Assembly: GCA_051869975.1 (NCBI GenBank)
Contig: JBJEBK010000061.1
Location: 36,461-100,460 of the forward strand
DNA: 64,000 bases
Source of the DNA: Candidatus Cryptobacteroides sp.
GTDB lineage: Bacteria; Bacteroidota; Bacteroidia; Bacteroidales; UBA932
Direction: 5' to 3'
Below the pieces are notes generated by a model. That model saw only the letters and a list, made by a program, of their open reading frames with translations, was not told where the DNA came from and did not search any database. Every line of letters begins with the position of its first letter. Within the stretch, counting starts at the first letter, position 1. A program made the position numbers and the translations under genes. Shown here piece after piece: positions 35,733 to 45,700 of this stretch.

Positions 35733-36282
35733 CAGTCGTACCATACTCGGAATTGATCCCGGAACCAATGTGCTTGGTTTCGGGGTCATCCGTATAGATG
35801 AAAAAAAACATCCCCAGTTTGTGGATGCCGGAGTGCTGGACTTGCGAAAGGACACAGACCCGTATCTCAAGCTGGAAAGAATCCATCAGTTCGTAAGCAG
35901 GCTCTGTGCGGACTATTCTCCGGATGACCTGGCTATCGAGTCCCCTTTTATGGACAAGAACGCCCAGGTGATTTTCAAACTCGGAAGGGCACAGGGCGCG
36001 GCAATCATAGCGGCATCCCAGTTCGGAGTGCTTATCACCGAATATGCTCCGCGAAAAGCCAAGATTGCCATTTGCGGCAACGGCGCAGCTTCAAAAGAGC
36101 AGGTAAAATTGATGGTGGAAAAAACACTTGGCACAAAAATTGAAAATCAGCGCCTGGACGCGACGGATGCTTTGGCAATTGCCCTGTGCCACTTTTATCA
36201 GTTGACAAGCCCATTATCAAGCGTTTCCGCGTCCAGCTCGTGGAAGAAATTCCTGGAAGCGAACCCTGATAGAATCAAATAA
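35725..36282 (+). CDS. ruvC: crossover junction endodeoxyribonuclease RuvC
   Basis: ILGIDPGTNVLGFGVI, ESPFMDKN, DATDALAIALCHF. Confidence 0.9.
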   Translation: MIDSRTILGIDPGTNVLGFGVIRIDEKKHPQFVDAGVLDLRKDTDPYLKLERIHQFVSRLCADYSPDDLAIESPFMDKNAQVIFKLGRAQGAAIIAASQFGVLITEYAPRKAKIAICGNGAASKEQVKLMVEKTLGTKIENQRLDATDALAIALCHFYQLTSPLSSVSASSSWKKFLEANPDRIK

Positions 36283-36287
36283 GACGT

Positions 36288-39188
36288 ATGAAACTGAACC
36301 TGAAATTTCTCATTTCCCTCGTAGGCATCATCCTCGCAGGCAGCAGCGCTTTCGCGCAGAGTTACAGCGTAAAGGCAGTACTCAAAGACGGGTCTGACAA
36401 GACCCCGTTGGCATTTGCAACAGCGGCACTTTCCAAGGCAACCGACATGGACAAAGCAATTGCCTATACTCTTTCCGAAGAGAACGGAGCAATAGAGTTT
36501 ACACAACTCAAGCCCGGCTCCTATGTGCTCAAGGCAGAGCTTATGGGATACAAACCTATAACCAAAGAGTTCAAAATCGTTGATAAAGACCTTGACTTGG
36601 GCGTACTTTCCGCCTCCGTTGACTATCGCCAGCTTGATGCTGCCAAGGTAACGGACAGGGGTAATCCCATTCAGATGAAGAGGGACACTATTGCCTTCAC
36701 TGCTTCTACCTTCAAGACTACCGACAATGATATGCTTGAGGACCTTATTAAGAAGATTCCGGGAATGGAGGTTTCGGAAGACGGTACCATTACCCATAAC
36801 GGTAAGGAAATCAGCAAGATAACCATAGACGGCAAGACATTCTTCCTCAACGACCCTCAGATTGCGACCAAGAACCTTCCCGCTAAGATAGTGGATAAGC
36901 TAAAGGTAATCGAAAAGAAGTCAGATCAGGCAGAGTTTACCGGCATTGACGACGGTGAGGAGGAAACCATTCTCGACCTTACCGTAAAACCGGGAATGAT
37001 GAAGGGTACTTTCGGCAACCTTATGGCAGGAGGCGGTCACGACGTTCCTTCCACAGATGTACAGGGAGACTGGAGGTTCCAGTCCGCCGGATTCTTCGGC
37101 AACTTTACCGATGAATACCAGTTGAGCGGAGTGCTGAATGCCAACAATACCAACAACCGCGGATTCAACGACCTGGCAGGCTCTATGATGGGAGGAATGC
37201 GTGGCGGTATGGGGCGCGGCCAGGGAGGCTGGGGTGGTGGCAACGGTATCACCACTTCCTATATGGCAGGTCTCAACGGAGGAGGCAATTTCTTCGACGG
37301 GAAGATGGACCTCAGCGGCAACGGTATGTTCAACCATTCCAGCAAGGATGTGCTCGAGTCATCAATCAAGGAAACCAAGCTCGATGATTCCAGCCTGCTT
37401 TACGAGAGTGACGGAGCCGGCAATACCAAGACCTGGGGAGTAGGACTCGGAATGAGAATGGAGCACAAGTTCTCAGACAATACTTCAATAGTATTTGAAC
37501 CGAGGTTCAATATGGGAGGCGGACGCTTTGACGAAAGCAGCAATACCAGCACAAGGACCTGGCGCTATGCTGAGGCTGATACCCTCGATACCAATATCTC
37601 CAGCAGCCTGCAGAGCGGAGAAAACAGAAACCTTTCCACCAGCGGCTTTGCACTCCTGCGTCAGAAACTGGGCATTCCGGGGCGTACCCTTACCGTGATG
37701 GGAGGCTACAATATTTCCCGCAATGAAATCCTTAACGGACTCAATATTTCCAATACCACGACTTACGATGCAGATGGAGTGGGACAGGAAACTCCTCTGA
37801 ACCAGTCATATACCCAGCATTCCAATGCTACTTCCCTCTGGGCAAGGGCAACCTTCACCCAGCCTCTGGCTCAAAGCCTCTATGCTGAGGTCAATGCTTC
37901 CTACAACTGGTCCGCTTCCGATTCGGATAAGAAGACGAAGGACACTGAGACAGGAGCAATAGTGGACAGCTATACCAACTCCATCAACAACAGGTTCACC
38001 AGCCAGACGGTGGGAGCAAACCTTCTGTATCAGCCTGGTGAAGCCCGTTTCCAGCTCGGTATTTCATTTATACCGTCGCAGATGCACAACAGCACCAACA
38101 GCGGCTCTGCCTACAAGGTGGACACCACCATCACCCGCTTCAACTGGTCTCCTCAGGCTATGATTTACACTCCTATCGGAGAGAATGCCAATATCAGGAT
38201 GAATTATCGCGGAGAATCCCAAAGTCCGTCAACATCGCAGCTCATCACTGTGCCGGACAACTCCAACCCGCTTGCAGTTACCTTCGGTAACCCTAATCTG
38301 GCTCCATATTTCAGTCATTCCATCAGGGGCGATTTCCGCTGGAACAACAAAAAGACCTATGCGTCCGTCAATGCAAGATGGAACGCATCCTATGTGCAGG
38401 ACCCTATAGTCCAGTCCCAATGGTACACCAACGGTATCACCTACTCTATGCCGGTCAACGGCCCTTCAAGCTTAAGCGCGAACTTCAATTTCTTCGCAAA
38501 TGTTCCGATTCCTGGCACCAAATTCACGGTAATCAACGCCACCCGCTTCGGCTGGTCAGAGTCCGCAAGCTTTGTCGGAAAGGAAATCAATACCGACCAG
38601 TATCTCAACCCTGACGGTGCTTTGGATTACAATCTGTTCTTCAAGGATTACGACGATATCCGCAGCAAGATGGTGGAGAATACCACGAACTCTTTCTCAG
38701 TAACTGAGCGCCTTCGCGGAGTATGGCGCAGCGATGCTCTTGAGCTCGAGCTTTCGGGAAGGACGAGGATGAACCATACCAACTACGCACTTGCCGGCAC
38801 TACTGACCAGACCACGACCTGGAACAATCAGATTCGGGCTAATGCAACCTGGACCTGGGACAGGATAGGTCTGAGTGCCAAGGGAGAGTTCAATTACAAC
38901 TGGTATCGCGGATATGCAACTGCCCAGCCGGATGAGTATGTGCTCAATCTCGAACTGCAGCAGCTGATTCTCAAGAAGAAGGCAACTATAGCTATCAAGG
39001 GATATGACCTGCTCGGCCAGTCCAAGAACCTGACCGTTACCGATGCGTCCAATACCCATACCGAGACTGTCAACAATACTCTCGGACGCTATGTGATAGT
39101 TTCATTCACCTACCGCTTCGGCAACTTCGACAAGAACAGGATGCCTGCAGGTCCAGGCGGCCCGGGAGGTCCAGGTCCTAGAAGATAA
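36288..39188 (+). CDS. outer membrane beta-barrel family protein (CarboxypepD_reg-like N-terminus, TonB-receptor-like barrel)
   Basis: Signal peptide and an N-terminal Ig-like domain (SVKAVLKDGSDKTPLAFATAAL..GSYVLKAELMGY). A Gly-rich insert MMGGMRGGMGRGQGGWGGGNG. The barrel ends VSFTYRFGNF, followed by a Gly/Pro tail. Confidence 0.75.
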   Translation: MKLNLKFLISLVGIILAGSSAFAQSYSVKAVLKDGSDKTPLAFATAALSKATDMDKAIAYTLSEENGAIEFTQLKPGSYVLKAELMGYKPITKEFKIVDKDLDLGVLSASVDYRQLDAAKVTDRGNPIQMKRDTIAFTASTFKTTDNDMLEDLIKKIPGMEVSEDGTITHNGKEISKITIDGKTFFLNDPQIATKNLPAKIVDKLKVIEKKSDQAEFTGIDDGEEETILDLTVKPGMMKGTFGNLMAGGGHDVPSTDVQGDWRFQSAGFFGNFTDEYQLSGVLNANNTNNRGFNDLAGSMMGGMRGGMGRGQGGWGGGNGITTSYMAGLNGGGNFFDGKMDLSGNGMFNHSSKDVLESSIKETKLDDSSLLYESDGAGNTKTWGVGLGMRMEHKFSDNTSIVFEPRFNMGGGRFDESSNTSTRTWRYAEADTLDTNISSSLQSGENRNLSTSGFALLRQKLGIPGRTLTVMGGYNISRNEILNGLNISNTTTYDADGVGQETPLNQSYTQHSNATSLWARATFTQPLAQSLYAEVNASYNWSASDSDKKTKDTETGAIVDSYTNSINNRFTSQTVGANLLYQPGEARFQLGISFIPSQMHNSTNSGSAYKVDTTITRFNWSPQAMIYTPIGENANIRMNYRGESQSPSTSQLITVPDNSNPLAVTFGNPNLAPYFSHSIRGDFRWNNKKTYASVNARWNASYVQDPIVQSQWYTNGITYSMPVNGPSSLSANFNFFANVPIPGTKFTVINATRFGWSESASFVGKEINTDQYLNPDGALDYNLFFKDYDDIRSKMVENTTNSFSVTERLRGVWRSDALELELSGRTRMNHTNYALAGTTDQTTTWNNQIRANATWTWDRIGLSAKGEFNYNWYRGYATAQPDEYVLNLELQQLILKKKATIAIKGYDLLGQSKNLTVTDASNTHTETVNNTLGRYVIVSFTYRFGNFDKNRMPAGPGGPGGPGPRR

Positions 39189-39209
39189 TTCACTATCTGT
39201 AAGCATACT

Positions 39210-40220
39210 ATGCCGAAAGAAAAATTATTGGGTAAGAACCCCGAGGAACTGAAGGCCGCAGCTCTTGCTGTCGGCCTTCCGGCTTTTGCGGGCAAACAGA
39301 TTGCGCAATGGCTTTATGTGCATCGTGTGCGCAGTTTTGACGAGATGACGAACATCTCCAAGGCAGGTCGGGCAAAGCTTGCGGAGCTGTATGACCTCGG
39401 CGTGAGTGCGCCTCTGGGAAGTATCTGCTCTTCCGACGGCACGAAGAAGTATCTTTTCGGTGTATGCGGCACATCCAAGGTTGAGTCTGTGATGATTCCT
39501 GACGGGGAGCGCCGCACACTCTGCGTTAGTTCCCAGGCAGGGTGCAAGATGGGATGCCGTTTCTGTATGACCGGTCGTCGGGGCTGGCACGGCAATCTGG
39601 ATGTTGCGGAGATTCTCAACCAGTATATCTCCATTGACGAGTCCCTGGAACTTACCAATACCGTATTTATGGGGATGGGGGAGCCTCTTGACAACTACGA
39701 AGTTGTGATGAAGGCAATAGAGGTGCTTACCGCTCCTTGGGGATTTGCCTGGAGCCCGAAGAGGATAACACTCAGTACGATTGGGGTTATGCCTGCGCTG
39801 CGCCGCTATCTTGAGGATTGCCGCTGCCATCTTGCGGTAAGTCTTCACAATCCTTTCCCTGAGGAGAGGGTGGAGATGATGCCGGTCCAGAAGGCTTTCG
39901 ACGAAAAGGCTATTGTTGACTTGATTAAGCAATATGATTTTACGGGTCAGAGACGAGTGAGTTTCGAGTACACTATGTTTGACGGGTGGAATGACGACAA
40001 GCGTCACGCCGATGCTCTGATCCGGCAGCTCCGCGGTCTTGAATGCCGCGTGAACCTTATCCGTTTCCACAAGATTCCGGATTTCCCTTATGACTGTTCT
40101 CCACAGTCGAGGATGGAGGCTTTCCGCGACCGCCTGAACAGTAACGGCATTACCTGCACTATCCGCGCCTCCCGTGGCGAGGACATCCTCGCCGCCTGCG
40201 GAATGCTCGCCGGGAAATAG
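39210..40220 (+). CDS. rlmN: 23S rRNA/tRNA (adenine-C2)-methyltransferase RlmN
   Basis: Radical-SAM cluster GCKMGCRFCMTG, FMGMGEPLDN, and a C-terminal Cys context DILAACGML. Confidence 0.9.
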   Translation: MPKEKLLGKNPEELKAAALAVGLPAFAGKQIAQWLYVHRVRSFDEMTNISKAGRAKLAELYDLGVSAPLGSICSSDGTKKYLFGVCGTSKVESVMIPDGERRTLCVSSQAGCKMGCRFCMTGRRGWHGNLDVAEILNQYISIDESLELTNTVFMGMGEPLDNYEVVMKAIEVLTAPWGFAWSPKRITLSTIGVMPALRRYLEDCRCHLAVSLHNPFPEERVEMMPVQKAFDEKAIVDLIKQYDFTGQRRVSFEYTMFDGWNDDKRHADALIRQLRGLECRVNLIRFHKIPDFPYDCSPQSRMEAFRDRLNSNGITCTIRASRGEDILAACGMLAGK

Positions 40221-40288
40221 TGTCTGTAGGGCTACAGCCTGCTTCCGAGTCATTCCCAGCCTCGACCTCGAATCCACCGGGAATCTCC

Positions 40289-40442
40289 CGAAAACGCAAT
40301 TTTCACCCCTCATTTTTGCGCTTTGGGCCTACGGAAGGCCGTCAGAGCAATTTGAGGGGGTGTTTTCTGCGCGTTGGAAGCCGATTTTGCTCCTGATGTA
40401 AAGGATGAAGAGAGAAAATGGACGGCGAATCCGTCATCCTGG
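40289..40442 (+). repeat. composite R1+R2 repeat block (left copy of an inverted pair)
   Basis: Collinear (roughly 85% by eye, with one indel of about 47 bp) with the reverse complement of 49383-49585. It contains an R1 unit and its inverted partner, forming a CACCCCTCA...TGAGGGGGTG hairpin. Confidence 0.8.
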
Positions 40443-40487
40443 CGCTGATGCATTGTTCCAAATCGTTTGGTGCAACTGCGTCTTGAT

Positions 40488-40556
40488 TCTTCTTTATTTT
40501 CCTTTATTCACTTTTATTCTTCTTTATTCTCTTTTATTCTCTTTTATTCTCTTAGC
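40488..40556 (+). repeat. 10-11-bp phased T/A-tract repeat (tyctttatt x about 7)
   Basis: ttcttctttattttcctttattcacttttattcttctttattctcttttattctcttttattctctta. Confidence 0.8.
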
Positions 40557-40633
40557 AATACAAATGATAGTAATATTGACAATGTAAGAGAATATTCTTT
40601 GCCCATATGGTTACAAAATATTGAAACTTTAAT

Positions 40634-40641
40634 TATATTTG
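40634..40641 (+). promoter_or_regulatory. -7 box (TATATTTG) 4 nt upstream of the toxin ATG
   Basis: TAnnTTTG match. Confidence 0.4.
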
Positions 40642-40645
40642 CAAT

Positions 40646-40992
40646 ATGAAGCGGAGAATTGTAGTATTTGGCAAATATTTTGGCGAGTTTCTGGAAAGAC
40701 TTACCCCAAAAGAACGAGAGAAGGTGGATTATGGGTTGGTTTTGCTTAAGACACAGGACCGCTTGCCGTCGAAATTTGTAAAGCATATTAGAGATGGGCT
40801 ATACGAATTTAGAACAGAGTATAATAGTAATATTTATAGGGTGTTTTTCATATTTGATGAGGATTGTATTGTGTTTTGTTCAATGGATTTCAGAAAAAGA
40901 CACAAAGAACCCCTGCAAATGAAATATCAAAAGCATTGAGAATTAAAGATGAATACTATGAGTACAAACGAGCCAATGATTCAGGATTATGA
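40646..40992 (+). pseudogene. Gp49/HigB-like (RelE superfamily) toxin gene with a 1-nt frameshift
   Basis: ORF 40646..40939 reads ...YRVFFIFDEDCIVFCSMDFRKRHKEPLQMKYQKH*. Shifting the frame at the T-run gtgttttg (40871-40878) gives ...VLFNGFQKKTQRTPANEISKALRIKDEYYEYKRANDSGL* (stop at 40990-40992). That is the canonical family C-terminus and overlaps the antitoxin start. Confidence 0.7.
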
Positions 40993-41338
40993 TGCTGTGC
41001 TTGATGCGCGATATGGTAAGGAAGGCACTCCCGAACGAATGAAGTTCGAGGAGAATGCATACGCATATTATACGGGATTATTACTTCGTGATGCTAGAAA
41101 GGATGCAAAGGTGTCTCAGGCTGAATTGGCGAGAAGAACGCAGACAACCAAATCCTATATCTCACGCATAGAGAACGGGGTGATAATCCCGAGTGTTGCT
41201 GTCTTTTACAGAATGATTGCTGCCTTGGGAATGAGATTGGAAATAGTCAAGCCCTCAACCGTTCTGGGGTATGGGAACAATACCCAAAACAGATATCTCT
41301 GTGAACGGAAGCCGGAGTATGGTGTTGAGCAAAAGTGA
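40949..41338 (+). CDS. XRE-family HTH antitoxin (HigA-like)
   Basis: HTH SQAELARRTQTTKSYISRIENG. The start is uncertain (ATG at 40949, 40958 or 40976). Confidence 0.7.
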   Translation: MNTMSTNEPMIQDYDAVLDARYGKEGTPERMKFEENAYAYYTGLLLRDARKDAKVSQAELARRTQTTKSYISRIENGVIIPSVAVFYRMIAALGMRLEIVKPSTVLGYGNNTQNRYLCERKPEYGVEQK

Positions 41339-41481
41339 TTTGAACCTTGGTGAACGGGTGGTGCATTACAATTAATAGAATTTATTTATATCTGTGTGTG
41401 TCAATGACCCATAACTCTCATATAGTATGTAAATACCCTGGCGCTCATAGGGGGGGGAATCGTTAGTATACAATCAATTAA

Positions 41482-41655
41482 TCAAGTGGATGGACCAAAT
41501 ATAATACAAAATCGTCCTACGGAACCGTTGACAATAAGACCACACTCGAAGCCTCTGATGATGCTGCAACAGTCAATCTCGGTGAAAATTGGCGTATGCC
41601 AACAGACGCAGAGTGGACAGAGTTGAGAACTAGTTGTACTTGGACCTGGACAACC
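41482..41655 (+). pseudogene. internal fragment of a lectin-like (FISUMP-type) lipoprotein gene
   Basis: Encodes ..SGWTKYNTKSSYGTVDNKTTLEASDDAATVNLGENWRMPTDAEWTELRTSCTWTWTT. No start or stop of its own. 107 bp (41482-41588) are identical to the reverse complement of 48316-48422 in the intact gene, with progressive divergence afterwards. Confidence 0.8.
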
Positions 41656-41659
41656 CTAC

Positions 41660-42259
41660 CAACTTCAATTTGAGCGGAATCTTGAGGTAAATCTTGTGCG
41701 CTTGTGCGATGCTATCTGGTATAGGCGATATATCCACGGACATTCCACATGTTTCATCATCCACGACCCCAAGATGAGGGAAGTCTTTGCGGCATCGTTC
41801 CGTGACAGGGTAGTACATCATCTGTTCTACAATTACACCCACGAGGCTTTTGAGAATGGGTTTATTGCTGACAGCTACTCGTGCATTAAGGGACGTGGCA
41901 CGCATTACGGTATCTCACGCCTCAATCAGCACATTTTTGAAGTGTCTGCTGGGTACAGTCGCCCTTGCTACGTGCTCAAGATGGATGTGAAAGGATATTT
42001 TATGAATAACAACAGAGGGAAAATGCTGGATATCTGTGAGGGTATTCTTGATTCCTCTTGCTACTGCGTTTCTCTCGAAGCGGCTTGGCTTGTCGGTGAA
42101 TCCGTACAAAACGCTTATCCGCTCAACTCATTTCTCGGGGTGCTATCGCACTACAGTTCGTACAATATCCGCATTGGCCAGGTCTTTGACAGAGCTGGTT
42201 TTGCTCTTGGGAAGGGTGGTGTTGCGCCGAGCTCGATGGAGCGGCTCTGCAGTTACTGA
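41660..42259 (+). pseudogene. reverse transcriptase remnant (N-terminally truncated, in-frame stop, catalytic motifs 4-7 deleted)
   Basis: RT motifs 1-3 are present: YIHGHSTCFIIHDPKMREVFAASFRDRVVHHLF, DSYSCIKGRGTHYG, YVLKMDVKGYF. It then jumps to a C-terminal-like tail, LNSFLGVLSHYSSYNIR. No QGxxxS or YxDD motif. There is a TAA in frame at 41688-41690 and only a GTG start. Confidence 0.75.
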
Positions 42260-42732
42260 GGATAGTTGAGATTTTCCGGTGAGGGATTGTCGAGGACTTC
42301 GTGGAGATAGCGGGAGGCTTCGAGGCGGGCCATAGGGAGATTCATCATAAGGTAGTTGCCGCAATCACGCGGACAGGCACCTGGAACCGGGCCGTCAAAC
42401 TCGGCGACAAACTCGAAAGTCTCCCTCATAAGAGGCAGAATATCAGTACTTTGCAAGTCTCCCTTGACGATGAGGTAGTTGCCGGTAAGACAGCCCATAG
42501 GACCCCAGTAGATAATCTTGTCACCCCATTGCGGATGGTTTCGCAGGAAGGTAGCTGCCAGATGCTCAATCGTGTGGATTGCATCGGGATGCAGCACAGG
42601 CTCCCTGTTGGGCTCTTTCATACGGATATCGAAAGTGGTCACCACTTCCGAACCCACATTGTCTTTGCGCGAAACGAAAATACCCCGTTTCAATCTGAGA
42701 TGGTCAACTGTGAAACTTGCAATCTTTTCCAT
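42253..42732 (-). CDS. luxS: S-ribosylhomocysteine lyase
   Basis: Start at MEKIASFTVDHLRLKRGIFVSR. Metal site HTIEHLAATFLRNH and GPMGCLTG. Confidence 0.9.
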   Translation of the reverse strand: MEKIASFTVDHLRLKRGIFVSRKDNVGSEVVTTFDIRMKEPNREPVLHPDAIHTIEHLAATFLRNHPQWGDKIIYWGPMGCLTGNYLIVKGDLQSTDILPLMRETFEFVAEFDGPVPGACPRDCGNYLMMNLPMARLEASRYLHEVLDNPSPENLNYPQ

Positions 42733-42754
42733 ATCTGTCTGTATAGTTATCGAA

Positions 42755-45700
42755 TCATTCATCCTGAAGCATATGCCCAAGGAACCGGCGGCACTGCTCC
42801 CCGTCAAGACCTCTTCTGCGGGCGTAATCGTCCAGTTGCTCCCGGGAGACATTCCGGATTTCCGGATAGCAGGCTGAAGGGTGGATGAATACAAATCCGC
42901 AGATGGAAGCGTCCGGAATCATAGCATAGCTCTCGGTAAACTCTATTCCCAAGGCATCACTGCCTGGAATCAGTTCCATAATATCCTTTTTCATCGTGTG
43001 GTCCGGACAGCTCGAATACCCGGCCGCAGGCTTGACTATCTTCATTCCTTCGATGCCCGCCTCGGCAAGCTGCCCCTCTATTTGAGCGTCAATCCAGCTT
43101 GAAACTGCCTCTGCCAGAGTGACTTTGATGGAGCGCAGCAGCATTGGTTCGTAGTCGGCTTCACATTGGGAGCAGCGGCAGCGGGCTGCGCGGACCCGGC
43201 GCGAAGCGCCGAGGGTCCCGCAGGTGTGGACGCTGGCGGCGAAGACTCCGAAAGGAGTCGGCGCCGCCGCGTCCACAAAGTCGGCGAGGCTGAGGCCTTC
43301 GCCGACCCGCTGCCGCAGCATCGGAAGCCGCCTCCCGTTCTGCAAAACTATATCATCCCCATTTCGGCACGCATTGTAGAACTGCGCTGCAACCCTTATC
43401 GACAGGCTATTCTCTGATCCGAGCTTATCAAGCAGCCTGAGGGCATCCTCTTTAAGTGCCGCATCCTCCTTAACTCCCCAGGTAGCAAAGAACATTCTCC
43501 AGTCAAAATAGTCAAGCACCTGTGCAAGAGGGAGTTCCGAGAGTGGTATTGATTTCGGTTCAAAGCCGTGCAGATAGCTGTCCTGATGGAATTCAACCCT
43601 CGATTGCACCTCGGGATCCTGTCGGGCTGTCTTGGCAAGCAATCGTATCTGCTCCTGTTTGCGGTGCTCTTCCTGCTCGAAGCCCTGCGGGTCCATAAGG
43701 TAACGCTTGGCCATAACCGCACTTGCAGACGCATCAGGCCCGTAGAAAACGTGCTCATACAGAGGTGCAAGTTTTACCGCAGTATGCACCGCAGAAGCGG
43801 TGGCACCACCCACAAACAACGGCACGGAAAGCCCGCGTGCACTCATCTCGCGGCACAGTTCCTCCATCTGGAACAGGGACGGAGTAATCAGTCCGCTCAC
43901 CCCGATTGCATCGGCCCCGATTTCTGCAGCCTTGTCCAGAATCACTTCCTTAGGCACCATAACCCCCAGGTCCGTCACATCGAACCCGTTGCAGCTCAGC
44001 ACTATAGCCGTAATATTCTTGCCTATGTCGTGAACATCACCCTTGACCGTCGCGATGACGAACTTAGGTTTGGCACCCGAGCCGCTCCCGGAGCCCTCAC
44101 CCATATAAGGCGCAAGCACGTCGATTGCATCCCTCATTATCTTCGCGGACTTGACCACCTGCGGCAGGAACATACGCCCCGCTCCGAAATTGTCACCCAC
44201 GGTCTGCATTCCCTCCATCAGAGGCCCCTCGATGACAGCAACCGCGCTGCCCAGCATCTGAAGGCACTCCAACACATCTTCGCGCAGAGTCGCGGCATTG
44301 CCCTTCACCAGGGCAGCGGAAAGTCTTGCCGGCGCCGGCAGCCTGTCCGCAGCTGCAGAAACCGCAGCGCTGTCTTCGCTTTTGGCCGACATCACTTCCT
44401 GCGCCTTGGCAATCAGCTTCTCGGTAGCATCAGCCCGCCTGTCAAGGATAACATCCTCTACCTTCTCCAGCATATCAGGCTCTATCTCACTGTAAACCTG
44501 AAGCATGCCCGGATTGACTATGCCCATATCCAGCCCAGCCCCTATTGCGTGGTAGAGAAAGGCCGAATGCATCGCTTCCCTCACCGCATTGTTGCCGCGG
44601 AAGGCGAAGGAGAGGTTGGATATGCCGCCGGAAGTGCGGGCGCCCGGCAGATTGGCCTTAATCCAGCGCACCGCCTCGATGAAGTCCACCCCGTAGCGGC
44701 GGTGCTCCTCTATGCCCGTGCCCACGGAAAGCACATTCACATCAAATATTATGTCGCGCGGCGCCACACCCGCCTTTACTGTAAGCAGGCGGTACGCCCT
44801 TTCGCATATCTGGATCTTGCGCGCATAGTCCGTAGCCTGCCCCTGCTCATCGAAGGCCATCACTATCATAGCGGCCCCAAGGCGCCTTATTTCCTTTGCC
44901 TTCATCAGGAAGACCTCCTCGCCCTCCTTCAGGGAAATGGAGTTGACTATGCACTTGCCCTGAGCGTTCTTGAGGCCCTGCAGGACCGTCTCCCAATCCG
45001 AAGAATCCACCATCAGGGCAGCCTTTGCGACAGCCGGGTCACCGGAAATATGGCGCAGGAAAGTACGCATCTGCAAGGCGCTGTCCAGCATGGCATCGTC
45101 CATATTGACATCGATAATGCTTGCCCCGCCTTCAATCTGCCCTGCCGCTATCTGAAGCGCTTCGTCGTACTGTCCGGCTGCAATCAGGCGCGCGAACTTG
45201 CGCGAACCGGCCACATTGGTGCGCTCTCCGACATTGGTGAAATTGCTGTGCTGCTTATCAATATAGACCGTCTCCAAACCGCTTAGAGTCAGCACATTCC
45301 CCGCGCTTGGCGGGAGTTCGCGCACCTTGCAGGCGCTGAGTTCGCGTGCAATCGCCGCAATGTGCCGGGGCGTAGTGCCGCAGCAGCCTCCCGCAATGTT
45401 GAGTATGCCTTTGGAGGCCATATCGCGCATCTGCGCGGCCATCTGCTCAGGAGTCTGGTCATATTCTCCCATCTCGTTGGGAAGGCCTGCGTTGGGGTAG
45501 CAGAGCACCCGGCAGTCGGCAAAGCCCGCAAGTTCCTCGACCAGAGGGGTAAGCTCCTGCGCACCGAGCGAGCAGTTGAGACCGAAGGCCCAAAGCCTGC
45601 CGTGCTCCACGCTATGGTAGAAAGCCTCTATAGTCTGCCCGGTGAGGGTCCTGCCGCTGCGGTCGCTGACCGATACGGACACGGCAAGAGGCAAGTCCAG

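Noticed and set aside
40405-40649. Small ORFs 40405..40587 and 40467..40649.
   Set aside because: They are encoded by a repeat block and by the phased T-rich low-complexity tract (translations such as LILLYFPLFTFILLYSLLFSFILL).
41482-41655. The gene fragment as a DGR template repeat paired with a variable region in 48003..48692.
   Set aside because: The shared region is mid-gene rather than at the C-terminal variable position. The first 107 bp are identical, and the later mismatches involve all base types (t/a, a/c, c/t, a/g, g/a) rather than being confined to adenines of one copy.
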